A stretch of DNA of 31,649 nucleotides from an uncultured Methanosarcinaceae archaeon (GTDB taxonomy: Archaea; Halobacteriota; Methanosarcinia; Methanosarcinales; Methanosarcinaceae). Below, one piece after another: positions 1 through 11,089 of this stretch (positions are counted from its first letter, which is position 1; each line of letters starts with the position of its first letter). The position numbers were made by a program, and so were the translations under genes. Location of the stretch: contig CAWHXP010000017.1 of assembly GCA_963833425.1 (NCBI GenBank), positions 1-31,649 on the forward strand. Reading direction: 5' to 3'. Under the pieces are notes generated by a model. It was given only the letters and a program-made list of their open reading frames with translations. It had not been told where the DNA came from and did not search any database.

Positions 1-970
1 TTTGCACCTTCACTTTCCAGTTCCATCATGGCCCTAATAGCATCCACATTTTCGGGAACTACGATAGATTCCTGATGGATTGCTTGGAAGAAGTAGATCT
101 CCTTCTCAGTCACTGTTACGGATTCAGGCCAGATACAATTCTCCCACATGTCATTTCTGGGCCGCCCAATATTCTGGCAACTTCAATGATTTCAGCTGTT
201 GAAGTAATACCCTGTCCTACGAAATGTATCCTGGACTGGGAACCGAAAATTTTCTTGATATCTTCTGCAGTGCAGTCAGTGTTAACTTCCATATTCACAG
301 TATGCAGGTGCATTAGAGTTGTCGTAACTACCAGTGCTGCAGATGTGATATTGATGTTTGGAAGCACACTCTTTACATCAGGTCCATGGTGGGACGGAAG
401 TTTCACTGGGTGAAGTACAATTGAATTAACAGGCCCCTTTTTAATATCATTGGGATCGACAGCCCTTCTTGCAATAGTTACCCTTACCTTATTTATCCCA
501 AGCTTATTGTCTATCGTGGATATTACCCTGCAGAGTCCTGTGGTATTGCATGAGACAACCCTCACAAAGTCACGACCAAGAGCCTTATAATAATTACTGA
601 CCGCATTAAAGGAGAAACCTGTAAGCTGATGACTTTCTCCTCCCTGCCAAATTGCTTTTACTCCGGCTTCCTCATATAAAGGCTTATTTTTTACCCCAAT
701 CCCTCCTGGAGTGCCGTCCACAACAAGGTCGGCTTTTCCTATCATTTCTTGAATTGTCCCTGCTAAAGGTATTCCTGCCTTCCCAAAAGCTTCGATATTT
801 TCAGCAGGTGCAATAGATATCGTACCCTAATTGATTGGCTACTGCAGCTTCATAGTTAGGCTTTGTCTTGGAAATTCCGATAACTTCCATATCTTCTGAG
901 CCCTAACAGCATCTGCAACTCTTTTTCCTATGGTCCCGTAACCGTTTACTGCAATCTTTGCTCTAACCAT
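1..970 (-). CDS. gap: Archaeal type II glyceraldehyde-3-phosphate dehydrogenase; 3' end runs off the window; three apparent 1-nt frameshifts (~895, ~813, ~172)
   Basis: ATG at 970 gives [22 protein letters not shown]. Frame-corrected reading continues [19 protein letters not shown], catalytic [17 protein letters not shown], and [12 protein letters not shown]...[19 protein letters not shown]. Confidence 0.93.
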
Positions 971-1105
971 TTGTCATCCTGTCCTGTTCAATTATTTTCT
1001 ACTCAATTCAAAACATAGTCTAAATTCACCGGGCTGGCAGACCATTGATTTGGGCATATTTATTAAATCCCGATTTATCTCTATTTTTCATCTTTTAAAA
1101 ATCAA

Positions 1106-3533
1106 TTAGTGATGATCCAGCAGTTTGTAGAACCTCACTTTCATCCAATCCGTTATAACAAAAGCTATCAGTGCGTAGAGCCAGACAAAACCTGTCAGTT
1201 TCCATCCTATGGGGGACACATAGAGTCCATACACTACAACTAAAGTTGCCAGCAATTTTGTAATCACTGCAGACCAAAAAAGGAGCTTTCCTGGAGGAGG
1301 GGACCAGAAAGGTCCCCTGTTACGGGCAATGAATATGGTCAGGTGCCCAGCTATTGCAAGTTTCAGGAAAATAAAAGACTGCAGTATGCCAGCACTGAGG
1401 TGAAGAATCCTATCCCCGATATAGAATATTGAGAAAGAAGAAATCACACCTATGATTCCCAGAAATGTAGCCATTATCAGGACTTCGTGCATATTCCATT
1501 TTTCTGGTTTTTGGGAATAGTTAACATTGTCATATGCAATGGCCATTATAGGAGCATCGTTGAAAAGGGCAAGCAAAACGATCATGATAGCAGTTACAGG
1601 ATAAAAATTAAACACAATTATTGTCGTTGCAATAAAAAAAAGTACCCGCACAGTTTCGGCAATTCTATAAATGGAATAGCTCTTCATCCTCTGGAATATT
1701 TTGCGACTTTCCTTTATTGCATTAATAATGACCGAGAGACCTGAAATTGTAAACACGATATCTGCAGCAGATTTTGCAGCATCTGTAGCCCCTGCAACAG
1801 CAATTCCTGCATCAGCCATTTTCAGAGCAGGGACGTCATTGACTCCATCACCTGTCATGCCAACAATATGTTTTTTTCTGAAGGAGTTCAACAATCCGGT
1901 ATTTGTGTTCTGGAAAGACCTGGGCAAATCCATCCGCCTTCTCTACAACTTCCTGGGCTTCAGAATCGGATTTTCCTTCGAAGTCTGCAGCTGTAATTAT
2001 GTCCGTGCCCAATCCTACCTGGTCTGCTATCTCCCTGGCAATAGCTATGTGATCACCAGTTATCATTTTAACTTTCACATCTAGGGAGTTTGCTGTCTTT
2101 ATAGTCTCTGCAGAATCTTTATGTGGTGGATCATAAAGTCCAAGAAGCCCTGCAAACCTATATTTTCCTGCCTCTTCCACACCCACTCCAAGGGCACGAT
2201 ACCCCTTTGAAGCCAGAGAATCTACGCTTTCTTTTACTTTCTGCTCGATTTCTTCTTTATTGCTTGACATGTCCAGAATAATCTGGGGAGCACCTTTGGA
2301 AACTTTTAACTTTCCTTGAGGCCCTTCAACCGTAGCCTCTGTGTGCTTTATAACGGGGTCAAATGGCTTGAACTCCTTGATTTTATAACTTTCTATTTTT
2401 GTTTTAAGGGGTTCTGAGGCCTTTGCCTTCAGGAGAATGGCATTATCAATCGGGTCGTTGTCCTCCTCTCTTGAGGCCAGCGAGCCATAGAGCAGAAGGT
2501 CGTTTTCCTTAAAGTTTCCAAAAGGTACGAATTCGGATAATGTTATTTTGTTCTGGGTTATTGTGCCGGTTTTGTCTGAACATAGAACGTCCATCCCGGC
2601 CATCTCCTCTATAGAGACCAGTTTGCTGACAATAGCTCCTTTTTTTGCAAGTTCAGTGGCTCCAACAGCCATTGAAACTGACATTACAGCAGGTAGGGCT
2701 ACCGGAATTGCAGCTACTATCAACACAAGAGCAAACTGGAGAGTTTCCAGAAAAGGAGTGTGTCTGAAAAACTCTTCTATAAATAAAACAATTGCAACGA
2801 TACAGCCTGCAAGGACGATCAGGTAGTTCCCTATTTTGAGGACCGCTTTTTGAAAGTGGCTTCTGGTCTGAACATTGGCCACTAGTCTGGTGGTCTTTCC
2901 AAAATAGGTATCCATTCCAGTAACCACAACCAGTGCGGTCATTTCCCCCTTCTGGATAATGGATCCTGAATAGGCAATACCATCAGATTTTTTTTCTACT
3001 GGCAGGGATTCCCCTGTAAGAGCTGATTCATCTACCTGCAGATATTCTCCTTCGAAGAGTTTAAGGTCGGCAGGCACGATATCTCCTGAACGTATACGGA
3101 CTACGTCTCCTGGAACCAGTTCTCGTGCAGGTATTTGGGCCCATTTTCCTCCTCTAAGTACCTTGGCATTCAGTGCCATTTTTTGCTTAAGGAGTTCAAT
3201 AGCATTGTCAGCTTTGTATTCTTGCCAGAACCCCACAACCCCATTTAAGACCAGGAGTAAGGAGATTATCACCAGATCTTCCCATCGATGGATAATACCT
3301 GAAATTCCAGCTGCTATTTCGATCATCCAGGGAATGGGACCCCAGAAATAGCTTAAAAATTTTATAAGTGGGTTGATCTTCTTTTCGTAAAGTTCATTAT
3401 AACCATACTGTTTAATCCGGTTCTCAGCTTCCGATGAAGAAAGTCCCTTGTTGCTTGAATCAAGTTTTTCCAAAATTTCATTTGCAGGTAAATTCTTTAT
3501 TTCTTCAATTTTGAGTATCACATTTTTCCCCAT
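1106..3533 (-). CDS. P-type (plasma-membrane H+-efflux, type IIIA-like) ATPase, split by a frameshift in an A7 run at 1871-1877
   Basis: Motifs TGES, PVALP, CSDKTGT, KGAP, DPP, MITGD in ORF 1848..3569 and TGDGVND, ND plus TM helices in ORF 1106..1933. Likely start is ATG 3533 after GGAG. Confidence 0.92.
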
Positions 3534-3688
3534 AAATAGACTCCAGATCCGTGCTTTCTCCATGCTCATAAATGCTCAAAATGGTTGTAATGAAAAAAAA
3601 TATAGAATAAGATTAATTATTAAAATTTACTTCAGGCTTATTTCTCGCATCAACTTCTTCATTTGAGTTTGTCCTATCTCGGCTTTCA

Positions 3689-4858
3689 TTATGGATCTTG
3701 TTTTTCAATTATTATTTCATATACTTCCAAAGTCTTTTCAGCTATTGTTTTCCAGTTATATTTACTTTTGAGAAGATCATACCCATTTTGTCCCATTCTG
3801 CTATAGCCAAGCCCCTCAAGGACATAATTGAGTCCCCAGGCAATAGAAGAGGGTTCTTTATGAGCAATAACACCTGTCTTAAAGTTCTCCACAAGAGCTA
3901 CTGCATCGCTTGCAACTACTGGTTTCCTTGCATCCCAGGCTTCAAGGACGACAATTCCGAAAGGCTCATTCCTGCTAGGTATACACACAAGGTCACATGA
4001 ATTAAACCAGTCTATTACGGTATCATCCGTAGCATATCCAAGAAAATTGCAGGAATTGCCAATTCCAAGCTTATTAGCTTGATATTCACAATGAGAACGC
4101 ATTCCCCCCTCTCCGATAATTACAAACTGTGCATTCTTTTTTTTCAGGACTCTTGCTGCGGCTTCAATCAACAAGTCCGGTCCTTTCTGATATGCCATCC
4201 TTCCAGTGAAAAGCACAACTGGAAGACATGGATGAATGCCATAGTGCCTTTTTACAGTTCCTGGATCGATTTTTCTTTTTATTTTTCCCACATTTATGCC
4301 ATTAGGAATCTCCCAGAACTTGTAATCTGGAATTTTGTAAATTTGCTGAATTTCGTCCTTCAATATTGTCGAGGTCGTGATCACAGCAGAGCATTCGTAC
4401 CCTCCAAGCCACTCCCGATGAGATATTTCCTTTGCCTCCCACCAGTTTCCGTAAAAATTCCCATTACGCCCCCATTCGGTGCTGTGAAAAGTTAGTACAA
4501 AGGGCAGCTCGAACTGAGCTTTAATCCTGCAGAGGACATTTACTGGATGCCAATCGTGCCCATGTAGAACGTCAAATTCACCCATCTTTTCTCTTACATC
4601 CAGGAACCGACAGTACATACTGTCGCACATCCTGTTCATCTGTTCTACTATCCCTGCATATTGATCACAAGCAACTCCATGATAGTGGACGCCGCTGATA
4701 ATTTCGTCGTTGTCTTCATAGCTTCGTGTAAAGAGATGAATCTCATGTCCCTCAGCCACAAGAGCTTGCGAGAGTTCAGATACATGGGGTGAAACTCCTC
4801 CTACACGTATCGAATGCAAACTTTCCCAGCTAAACATTCCTATTCGAATTTGTTTCAT
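3689..4858 (-). CDS. Glycosyltransferase family 4 (GT-B, glycogen-synthase-like)
   Basis: Intact 389-aa ORF with HGHDWH, GRMAYQKG and NEPFGIVVLEAW motifs. Confidence 0.9.
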   Translation of the reverse strand: MKQIRIGMFSWESLHSIRVGGVSPHVSELSQALVAEGHEIHLFTRSYEDNDEIISGVHYHGVACDQYAGIVEQMNRMCDSMYCRFLDVREKMGEFDVLHGHDWHPVNVLCRIKAQFELPFVLTFHSTEWGRNGNFYGNWWEAKEISHREWLGGYECSAVITTSTILKDEIQQIYKIPDYKFWEIPNGINVGKIKRKIDPGTVKRHYGIHPCLPVVLFTGRMAYQKGPDLLIEAAARVLKKKNAQFVIIGEGGMRSHCEYQANKLGIGNSCNFLGYATDDTVIDWFNSCDLVCIPSRNEPFGIVVLEAWDARKPVVASDAVALVENFKTGVIAHKEPSSIAWGLNYVLEGLGYSRMGQNGYDLLKSKYNWKTIAEKTLEVYEIIIEKQDP

Positions 4859-5099
4859 ATATCCAACTTATTACTTTTTATGGAAGTTAAAATTCGAAAC
4901 TGAATTACAGGAAGTAACTGGTCGCACTTGCTTGATTAGTTGCCAGATTAGCTATATGTGTGAAAGTTTATGACATCTTATGAATTCGTCAAAATATGTG
5001 TAATTAGTTTCAGCATTAAGTGATTTTGTGATCTTTGCAGGCCATGTAATCAGGCGCGAGTCTTGGATAACTAGACATACGAATAACGGATTAAATTTT

Positions 5100-5425
5100 A
5101 GTTAAAATATAATGTCAACCACGTAGTTATTTCTAATTAATTGTACGAAAAATAGTTTCGGAATAAAAGTTATTTTTACATAAAATGTTTTAACCTTAAA
5201 CAACATTTTAATATTAATTATGTATTTATTATTTCAACAGATATTCTAAAAAGAATTTCTATAAACCTTAATTTTTGGCTGGTTATTTATAAACCCTATA
5301 TATGCAATTTGTTGAAATCGGAGGTTTATTGAAATTCTCTAAAATTTAAAATTGAGTTTTACCTAAAAAATAACACAGATTAATTTCATATCCAATTTTG
5401 ATTGTGTCCTTGAGCTATTAATAAA
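5100..5425. repeat. Long non-coding repeat module, copy 1 (interrupted by MITE-A at ~5250-5340)
   Basis: aaaatagtttc.gaataaaa...cataaaat.tttta...aacaaca.ttt.atattaat..tgt.tttattattt is shared with the copies at ~6185, ~15750 and ~25425. Confidence 0.75.
5250..5340. mobile_element. MITE family A
   Basis: TIRs AGAATTTCTATAAACC / GGTTTATTGAAATTCT. The element is absent from the equivalent position in repeat copy 2. Confidence 0.75.
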
Positions 5426-5426
5426 T

Positions 5427-5518
5427 AGGAAATTTCGATAAATCCCTAAATTTTGTCATGTGTTTAGATGTGGTATAGTAAATGATTCGTGAAAATGAGA
5501 TGTTTATCGAAATCCTTT
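5427..5518. mobile_element. MITE family A
   Basis: TIRs AGGAAATTTCGATAAA / TTTATCGAAATCCTTT. Confidence 0.75.
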
Positions 5519-5534
5519 AGAATTTGAAGTATAG

Positions 5535-5655
5535 GCAGATAGGATAATTGAAAGGCAGCTAAGGGGGGAAAGGTGATTCCCCATTATGATCTCGGAGCAG
5601 CTGAGATTATTATCGCCAATTATCAAACACTTACCATTTTACAAGAATTATCTGT
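5535..5655 (+). ncRNA. Candidate multi-stem structured RNA
   Basis: Nested helices 5535-42/5648-55, 5543-50/5617-24, 5565-70/5577-82 and 5586-95/5601-10. G-U pairs favour the + strand. Confidence 0.3.
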
Positions 5656-5700
5656 AGGATGACTGATTTAACTTCAACTAAATTGGTTTGATTCGGTCTT

Positions 5701-6057
5701 CTAATAATTTTTGACCTTTGAGTGTAATATTTTATTTTCTACCATTATTAGACTAACTTCTGCATCCAGCACTTTGTTTATCGCTTCTTCTTTTTTTGTT
5801 TCTGCTTTTCTTATTAATTCTCCAATACTCTGGATTTGTGAATCTAATTTGTTAGTAATTGTATCTAATTTTTTAGATTGTGTTTGTATAATCTTAGCTT
5901 CTGCTAATTTCCTCAGATTATTAGCGTCATTTATTAAATCCTCAAAATACGTAACTTTTTCCATTTCTATATTGAGCTCTTCTTTTATTTTTTCAAACTC
6001 TTCTTCGTCAACCTGTCTGTCATGTTCTTGTTTTCCTATGTCGTGTTCTGCATTCAT
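5701..6057 (-). CDS. Hypothetical E/K-rich coiled-coil protein
   Basis: 118-aa ORF with a GGAGG RBS upstream and heptad-like charged composition. Confidence 0.7.
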   Translation of the reverse strand: MNAEHDIGKQEHDRQVDEEEFEKIKEELNIEMEKVTYFEDLINDANNLRKLAEAKIIQTQSKKLDTITNKLDSQIQSIGELIRKAETKKEEAINKVLDAEVSLIMVENKILHSKVKNY

Positions 6058-6184
6058 TTACATAACCTCCTCGATTTTTCTATGTGATTAGTGCAATAAT
6101 TAAATATTTTTAAATTTACATATCTGCTGGTTATTCCACGCTTTTTGACCGATTAATTTTTATTAAAGTATAATATAACCACTT

Positions 6185-6380
6185 TAATTATAAATAATTT
6201 CTGAATAAAAATAATCTCTACATAAAATGCTTTAACCTTGAATAACAATTTGATATCAATAATGTTTTTTATTTCAAAAGACATCCTGAAATTTAGCGCT
6301 AAGTTCTTTCTAAAAAGCAACGCAGATTAATTTCATATCACATTCTGGTCGTGTCCTTGAATCACTCTTGAGTCATTAAT
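6185..6380. repeat. Long non-coding repeat module, copy 2
   Basis: Aligns by eye with 5145-5425 once the MITE is removed (e.g. cagattaatttcatatc, gtgtccttga). Confidence 0.75.
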
Positions 6381-6482
6381 AGAGGATTTCGAGAAACTTT
6401 TGTTTGTCATGAATCATTTATATTCCATTTATATATCATTTATAAGCATAGGATGAAATTTGGGGGTTTATCGAAATCCTCT
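6381..6482. mobile_element. MITE family A abutting the truncated transposase
   Basis: TIRs AGAGGATTTCGAGAAAC / GTTTATCGAAATCCTCT. Confidence 0.8.
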
Positions 6483-7382
6483 TATGTCTAAAATGCTTGT
6501 TTTACAGCAATGTCATGGTCTTTCTTACTTTGAACTATGGAAACAATGTATTTATCGAATTTATTTAAGAAAGTTTCTTGGTTTTCTTGAATATATACCA
6601 GACAGTACAACAGTTTGTTCATCCAGAAAAAGAATTATTGATAATGTAAATAAGAAGAAATAGAGGGACAGTTGCAAAGTCAACTTAATTTCCTTGGTTT
6701 GAAGATAAAAAAGGTAGTGATTCAGGATTCTACTTTTATCCATTAAGATTTTGGACATTCAAAAATGGATAAACCTCGGGAAAGCGAAGTAAAAAAAGGA
6801 CAATCAGTAACTTAACCTGGATATAAAAGGGTATAAAGTCACACTTTGGATATAAATTTCATAGCATAATGGACAGGGATTATGCGTTGATCAGATGATT
6901 AAAAACAACAACTGTATCCCTTCATGATTCGTATGTAGATTTATCAGAAAAATGAAGTGGTTTATAGGGACAGAGGATACTTTGGCGCAAAATCAAAAGG
7001 TTATGATGAAACAATGAAAAGAGCAATAAAAGAACATCCCCTGGAAATAAGGGATATATTCAGATACAAGAGTATCAGCTCAAAAAGAGTTCCAGGGGAA
7101 AGAGTTAATGCAGTGACTATAAAAATGTTCAAAGCAGGACAAGTTCTTGTCACTACTATTCAAAGAGTGAATCTGAAGATGTTATGTATAGCCTTTGTTA
7201 TAATCTCTATCAATTGAGGACATTGAAAATAAAAGGAGTCTTTTAAAGGTAGCGGAAGCTATCTTCAAAATCAAACAATAATGAACAAGAAAAGAAAAAA
7301 ACGGATCAAATACAGAAGTTCGCACGAAAGATTTCATCATGATTCTCGCGAAGAAAAAAACAGAGGTAAATCGAAATTCTCT
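6483..7382 (+). mobile_element. IS5-family element remnant: 5'-truncated, multiply disrupted transposase plus right end
   Basis: Fragments KMLVLQQCHGLS...RKFLGF.EYIPDSTTV, IQDSTFIH, SHFGYKFH, VYRDRGYFG and KRVPGERV.AV. Right end GGTAAATCGAAATTCTCT ends at 7382. Confidence 0.85.
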
Positions 7383-7426
7383 AAAGAATACGTCATTAGC
7401 AAATCAGACGGAATGAGGAAGATAAC

Positions 7427-8461
7427 ATGATCTGGGAAGACCACGGAGAACTGTTCCAAAGGTATAAGAAAAATCCTATACTTACAGTTGAAGATTGGCC
7501 GTATCAGGCCCATTCAGTATTTAATCCTGCAGCAGCTATCGTTAACAGTATAACCTTATTAATGGTGCGTGTTGAAGATCACAGGGGCTTTTCTCACTTT
7601 ACCATGGCTAGGAGTAAAAACGGAATTGACGGTTGGGAAATTGACAGCCAACCAACCTTTGTTGCAGATCCTGTAAACTACCCTGAAGAGATATACGGCA
7701 TTGAAGATGCGCGTATAACTTACATCGATGAGATGGGAAAATGGGCTGTAGCATATACGGCTTTTTCGGATTCAGGTCCCTTAACATCTCTTGCCTTTAC
7801 AGAGGATTTCCATAATTTTGATCGAGTAGGAGCTACCCTGCCTCCTGAAAATAAAGATGCTGCTGTTTTTCCTATGAGAATTGATGGTAAGTGGGCAATG
7901 TTACATCGGCCTGTATCTGGTATGATTGATTCGAAGGCTAATATATGGATATCCTTTTCTCCAGATATGAAGTACTGGGGAGAACATAAGGTTCTTCTGT
8001 ATGCTCGAGAAGGTGGATGGTGGGATGCTAACAAGATAGGTTTATCTCCGCAACCAATCCGTACATCTGACGGATGGTTAATTATGTACCATGGAGTACG
8101 CCAGACAACATCTAAAGCAAGTTATCGACTTGGATTGGCTCTTCTTGATCTTGAAAATCCCAGAAAAGTGCTTCACAGATCTGAAGGATGGGTTTTCGGG
8201 CCTCGTGAAATGTATGAACGCAGTGGGGACGTTAATGATGTTGTTTTCCCTTGCGGATGGGTCTTAGTGAATGATGAAATCCGTATTTATTATGGAAGTG
8301 CGGATGTGTCAGTATCAATGGCCAGTGCAAAAATGCACGATATCTTAGAGTATATAAATGGGTGTCCTGAGACACAATGCCCTGATGAATACTGCAGATG
8401 GTTTGAAGAAAACAGGGATCTTTCTAATGATCCAAAAAAAGGCGATGTTAAATTAAAATAA
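7427..8461 (+). CDS. GH130-family glycoside phosphorylase/hydrolase (five-bladed propeller, beta-mannoside-type)
   Basis: Intact 344 aa with NPIL, VFNPAA, GIEDARIT, NKDAAVFP, LHRP, YHGV, VVFPCG and YYGSAD motifs. Confidence 0.88.
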   Translation: MIWEDHGELFQRYKKNPILTVEDWPYQAHSVFNPAAAIVNSITLLMVRVEDHRGFSHFTMARSKNGIDGWEIDSQPTFVADPVNYPEEIYGIEDARITYIDEMGKWAVAYTAFSDSGPLTSLAFTEDFHNFDRVGATLPPENKDAAVFPMRIDGKWAMLHRPVSGMIDSKANIWISFSPDMKYWGEHKVLLYAREGGWWDANKIGLSPQPIRTSDGWLIMYHGVRQTTSKASYRLGLALLDLENPRKVLHRSEGWVFGPREMYERSGDVNDVVFPCGWVLVNDEIRIYYGSADVSVSMASAKMHDILEYINGCPETQCPDEYCRWFEENRDLSNDPKKGDVKLK

Positions 8462-8621
8462 AATCGTAACTATTCAGCTTGGGAAAAAAAGATATCATTA
8501 ATCATATTATTTAAGATTTAATTGGCAACTTTTTGTGAGCTCATTTTCTTTGATTGTTGGTTAATGATTTTTTTTAGTTTTGGATGAGTTTACAATTTAC
8601 ATATTTTGACAACTCAGTTAG

Positions 8622-8878
8622 TCTGTCATTAAGTGGTTGATGTTTTCAAGATTAAGTATCCAATGAAAAGAATTTTGGTATGTTTATGTACTGAAGCAGA
8701 TCTACTCTAAAGTAACCTCACTGAAAAGCGGCACAACAATGGCTGAAAAATGGCATTCAGAGTATTCTTGAAATAACATCAAAATAATATAGAAATATCA
8801 CAACTCAAAAATAGAATCAATAGACTTATTTTTGATATCTAGATAATTGCTAAAAAACATCAACTACTTAATGACCGA
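8622..8878. mobile_element. MITE-like element family D (~257 bp)
   Basis: TIRs TCTGTCATTAAGTGGTTGATGTTTT / AAAACATCAACTACTTAATGACCGA (2 mismatches in 25). Confidence 0.7.
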
Positions 8879-8912
8879 TGACCAAAATAATGATAATAAA
8901 TAAACAAGGGAT

Positions 8913-10291
8913 ATGAGCAGTTTTGGGGGTATTATTATAAGAATTGGGATGTTATCTTCAATTGGCTCGAGCACGCCACCTAAAAAGTATGGCCCATGGG
9001 AATCTGTAGTGTCTTTATTAACTGAAGGACTGGTAAAAAGGGAATTGACGTTACATTATTTGCGACAGCAGATTCTCACACTTCGGCCAAACTTCATGCA
9101 GCATGCCCTAAACTCTACGAGGAAGATAAGAGTATATTAACAAAAGTATGCAAATGCCTGCACATATCAGAAGTTTTTGAGAGATCAAATGAGTTCGATA
9201 TAATACACAATCATTTAGGCTATATTCCTCTTACCTACAGTGCGCTTGTCAATACTCCTGTTGTGACAACTATACACGGGATTTCTTTAAGTAAAATTCT
9301 TCCTGTCTATAAAAAGTACAACAATAAAACTTTTTATGTATCTATAAGTAATGCCGACAGATGCCATGAACTGGATTATATAGCTACGGTTCGAAACGGA
9401 ATCGATGTAGAAAATTTTCATTTTAATGATGACCCATTGGACTATCTCCTCTTTTTGTCGCGCACCCTGCATAAAGATACAGATGCAAATGAAGCAATAT
9501 AAATCGCTAAAAAGACAGGAAAAAAACTTAGAATGGTCGGTTTTGTTGCTGATAAGGCGTATTTCGAAAAAGAAGTACAACCCCATATAGACAATGAACA
9601 GATTATTTATGAGAAGCATGTTGATCCTGAAAGCAAGAAAGAACTTTTGTCAAGTGCATACGCTTTACTGCACATGATCAATTATGATGAAGTTCTTGGA
9701 CTTGATGTAGTTGAAGCTATGGCCAACGGTACACCGGTAATTGCAATGAACGGAGGTTTGATGCCTGAGCTGATAAAAGATGGAGAAACTGGTTTTCTGG
9801 TCAATAGCATTGATGAGGCTGCAGCTGCTGTCCAAAAGGTTGCTGCCATATCCCGAAAAAAATGCAGGGAAAGTGTGGAAAAACGTTTTTCTGTTGACAG
9901 GATGGTAGCTGACTACATCAAAGTGTATGAAACAATTATTGAAAAATGTAAACGTGAGTCAGAAAGACCCTGGGGGTACTATGAGGTGCTCCTGCATATG
10001 CCAGGGTATAAAGTCAAAACTCTCACAATCCTACCACAGGGTGAAATCTCACTTCAGCGTCATTCTCGTAGAAAAGAGCACTGGTACATAGTCGATGGAA
10101 AAGGAATTGTAACTAAAAGCAGGAGTGAAATCAAGGTTCTTGCCGGAGATTCTGTCGATCTTCCAGTAAACGAAGTGCACCGCATTAGAAATACAGGCAA
10201 CGGAAACCTTGTTTTTATTGAGATCGCTCAGGGAGATTACCTTGGAGAAGATGACATCGTAAGACTTGAGGATAAATATGGGAGAGCCTGA
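8913..10291 (+). pseudogene. GT4 glycosyltransferase fused to a C-terminal type II phosphomannose-isomerase-like cupin; frameshift ~9041 and in-frame TAA 9500-9502
   Basis: TPPKKYGPWE, (G)IDVTLFATADS, FDIIHNH, VTTIHG, EAI*IAKK and EAMANGTPVI, followed by RPWGYY...SLQRHSRRKEHW...HRIRN...GDYLGEDDIVRLEDKYGR. Confidence 0.85.
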
Positions 10292-10600
10292 AAAGATCTG
10301 TATTTAATGAACTCGTATTTTGGAAGACAACCTATATCGCAAGCTCCATATACATTTATTTATTTCAATGTTACATTTTCGGTAACATGTTACATTTTCC
10401 TTTATAATAGGAGACAATGGTACCTGCTCAGATCTCTAAGACTCTTTCTCAAGTACTCTTTTAGTCCTCTTTTCCCAAAATTAAGATTATTTCACTAATT
10501 TTTTTAGACATTCATCAACTGAAAAGGTCTCTGTCTCGGTAATCGTTCTCATTACACATATAAAAAAATAAGAGAGATTCTAAATCATTGCACACCTTGG

Positions 10601-10828
10601 CAGTGTACCGAAAGTTATGTAAAATCGAGAATATTAAAAAATTATTGGGTAGGAAAACCTGCTCAGAATAACAAATTAAACAAAGTAAATAAAAACTTGA
10701 CTTTAAATTTATAGCAAATTCAAAGTCAAGTTTATGTGTATCTAGTGCAATTGGGTTCTATTAGTATGGAATTTATCTACCCAATAACTTCTCAATATTT
10801 TGAATTTTACAGAAAAATCGGCACACTG
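10601..10828. mobile_element. Palindromic (head-to-head dimer) MITE-like element, family F
   Basis: ~57-bp imperfect outer arms (CAGTGTACCGA.../...TCGGCACACTG) and a concentric 18-bp hairpin at 10693-10733. The right half resembles 28425-28534. Confidence 0.7.
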
Positions 10829-11089
10829 CTGATCTTCAGTGCATGAAAAAGTAAGCGTTAGTCACACTGGAAACTTAACATTGAAAACATGAATCAATTA
10901 ATAGAGGACGACCAAAATACTGAAAGTATTGATTAAAATGAAAATAGAAGAAACCGAAACTATGAGGTAAATATTTTCAAACTAGTATATATTTGAGTGA
11001 AGGTGGATTAAAAAACCTGTACTTATAGAACAGAAGATATCTTTCTAAAATGGTAATGTTTATTTTAGTTTAAAAGAAATTAATTGTTC

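Noticed and set aside
1871..1877. A7 run in the ATPase as a programmed frameshift or phase-variation site
   Set aside because: No stimulatory structure seen, and several similar indels elsewhere point to sequencing error.
9500..9502. In-frame stops in the GT4 fusion and ppk2 (29660) as pyrrolysine sites
   Set aside because: Both are TAA, not TAG.
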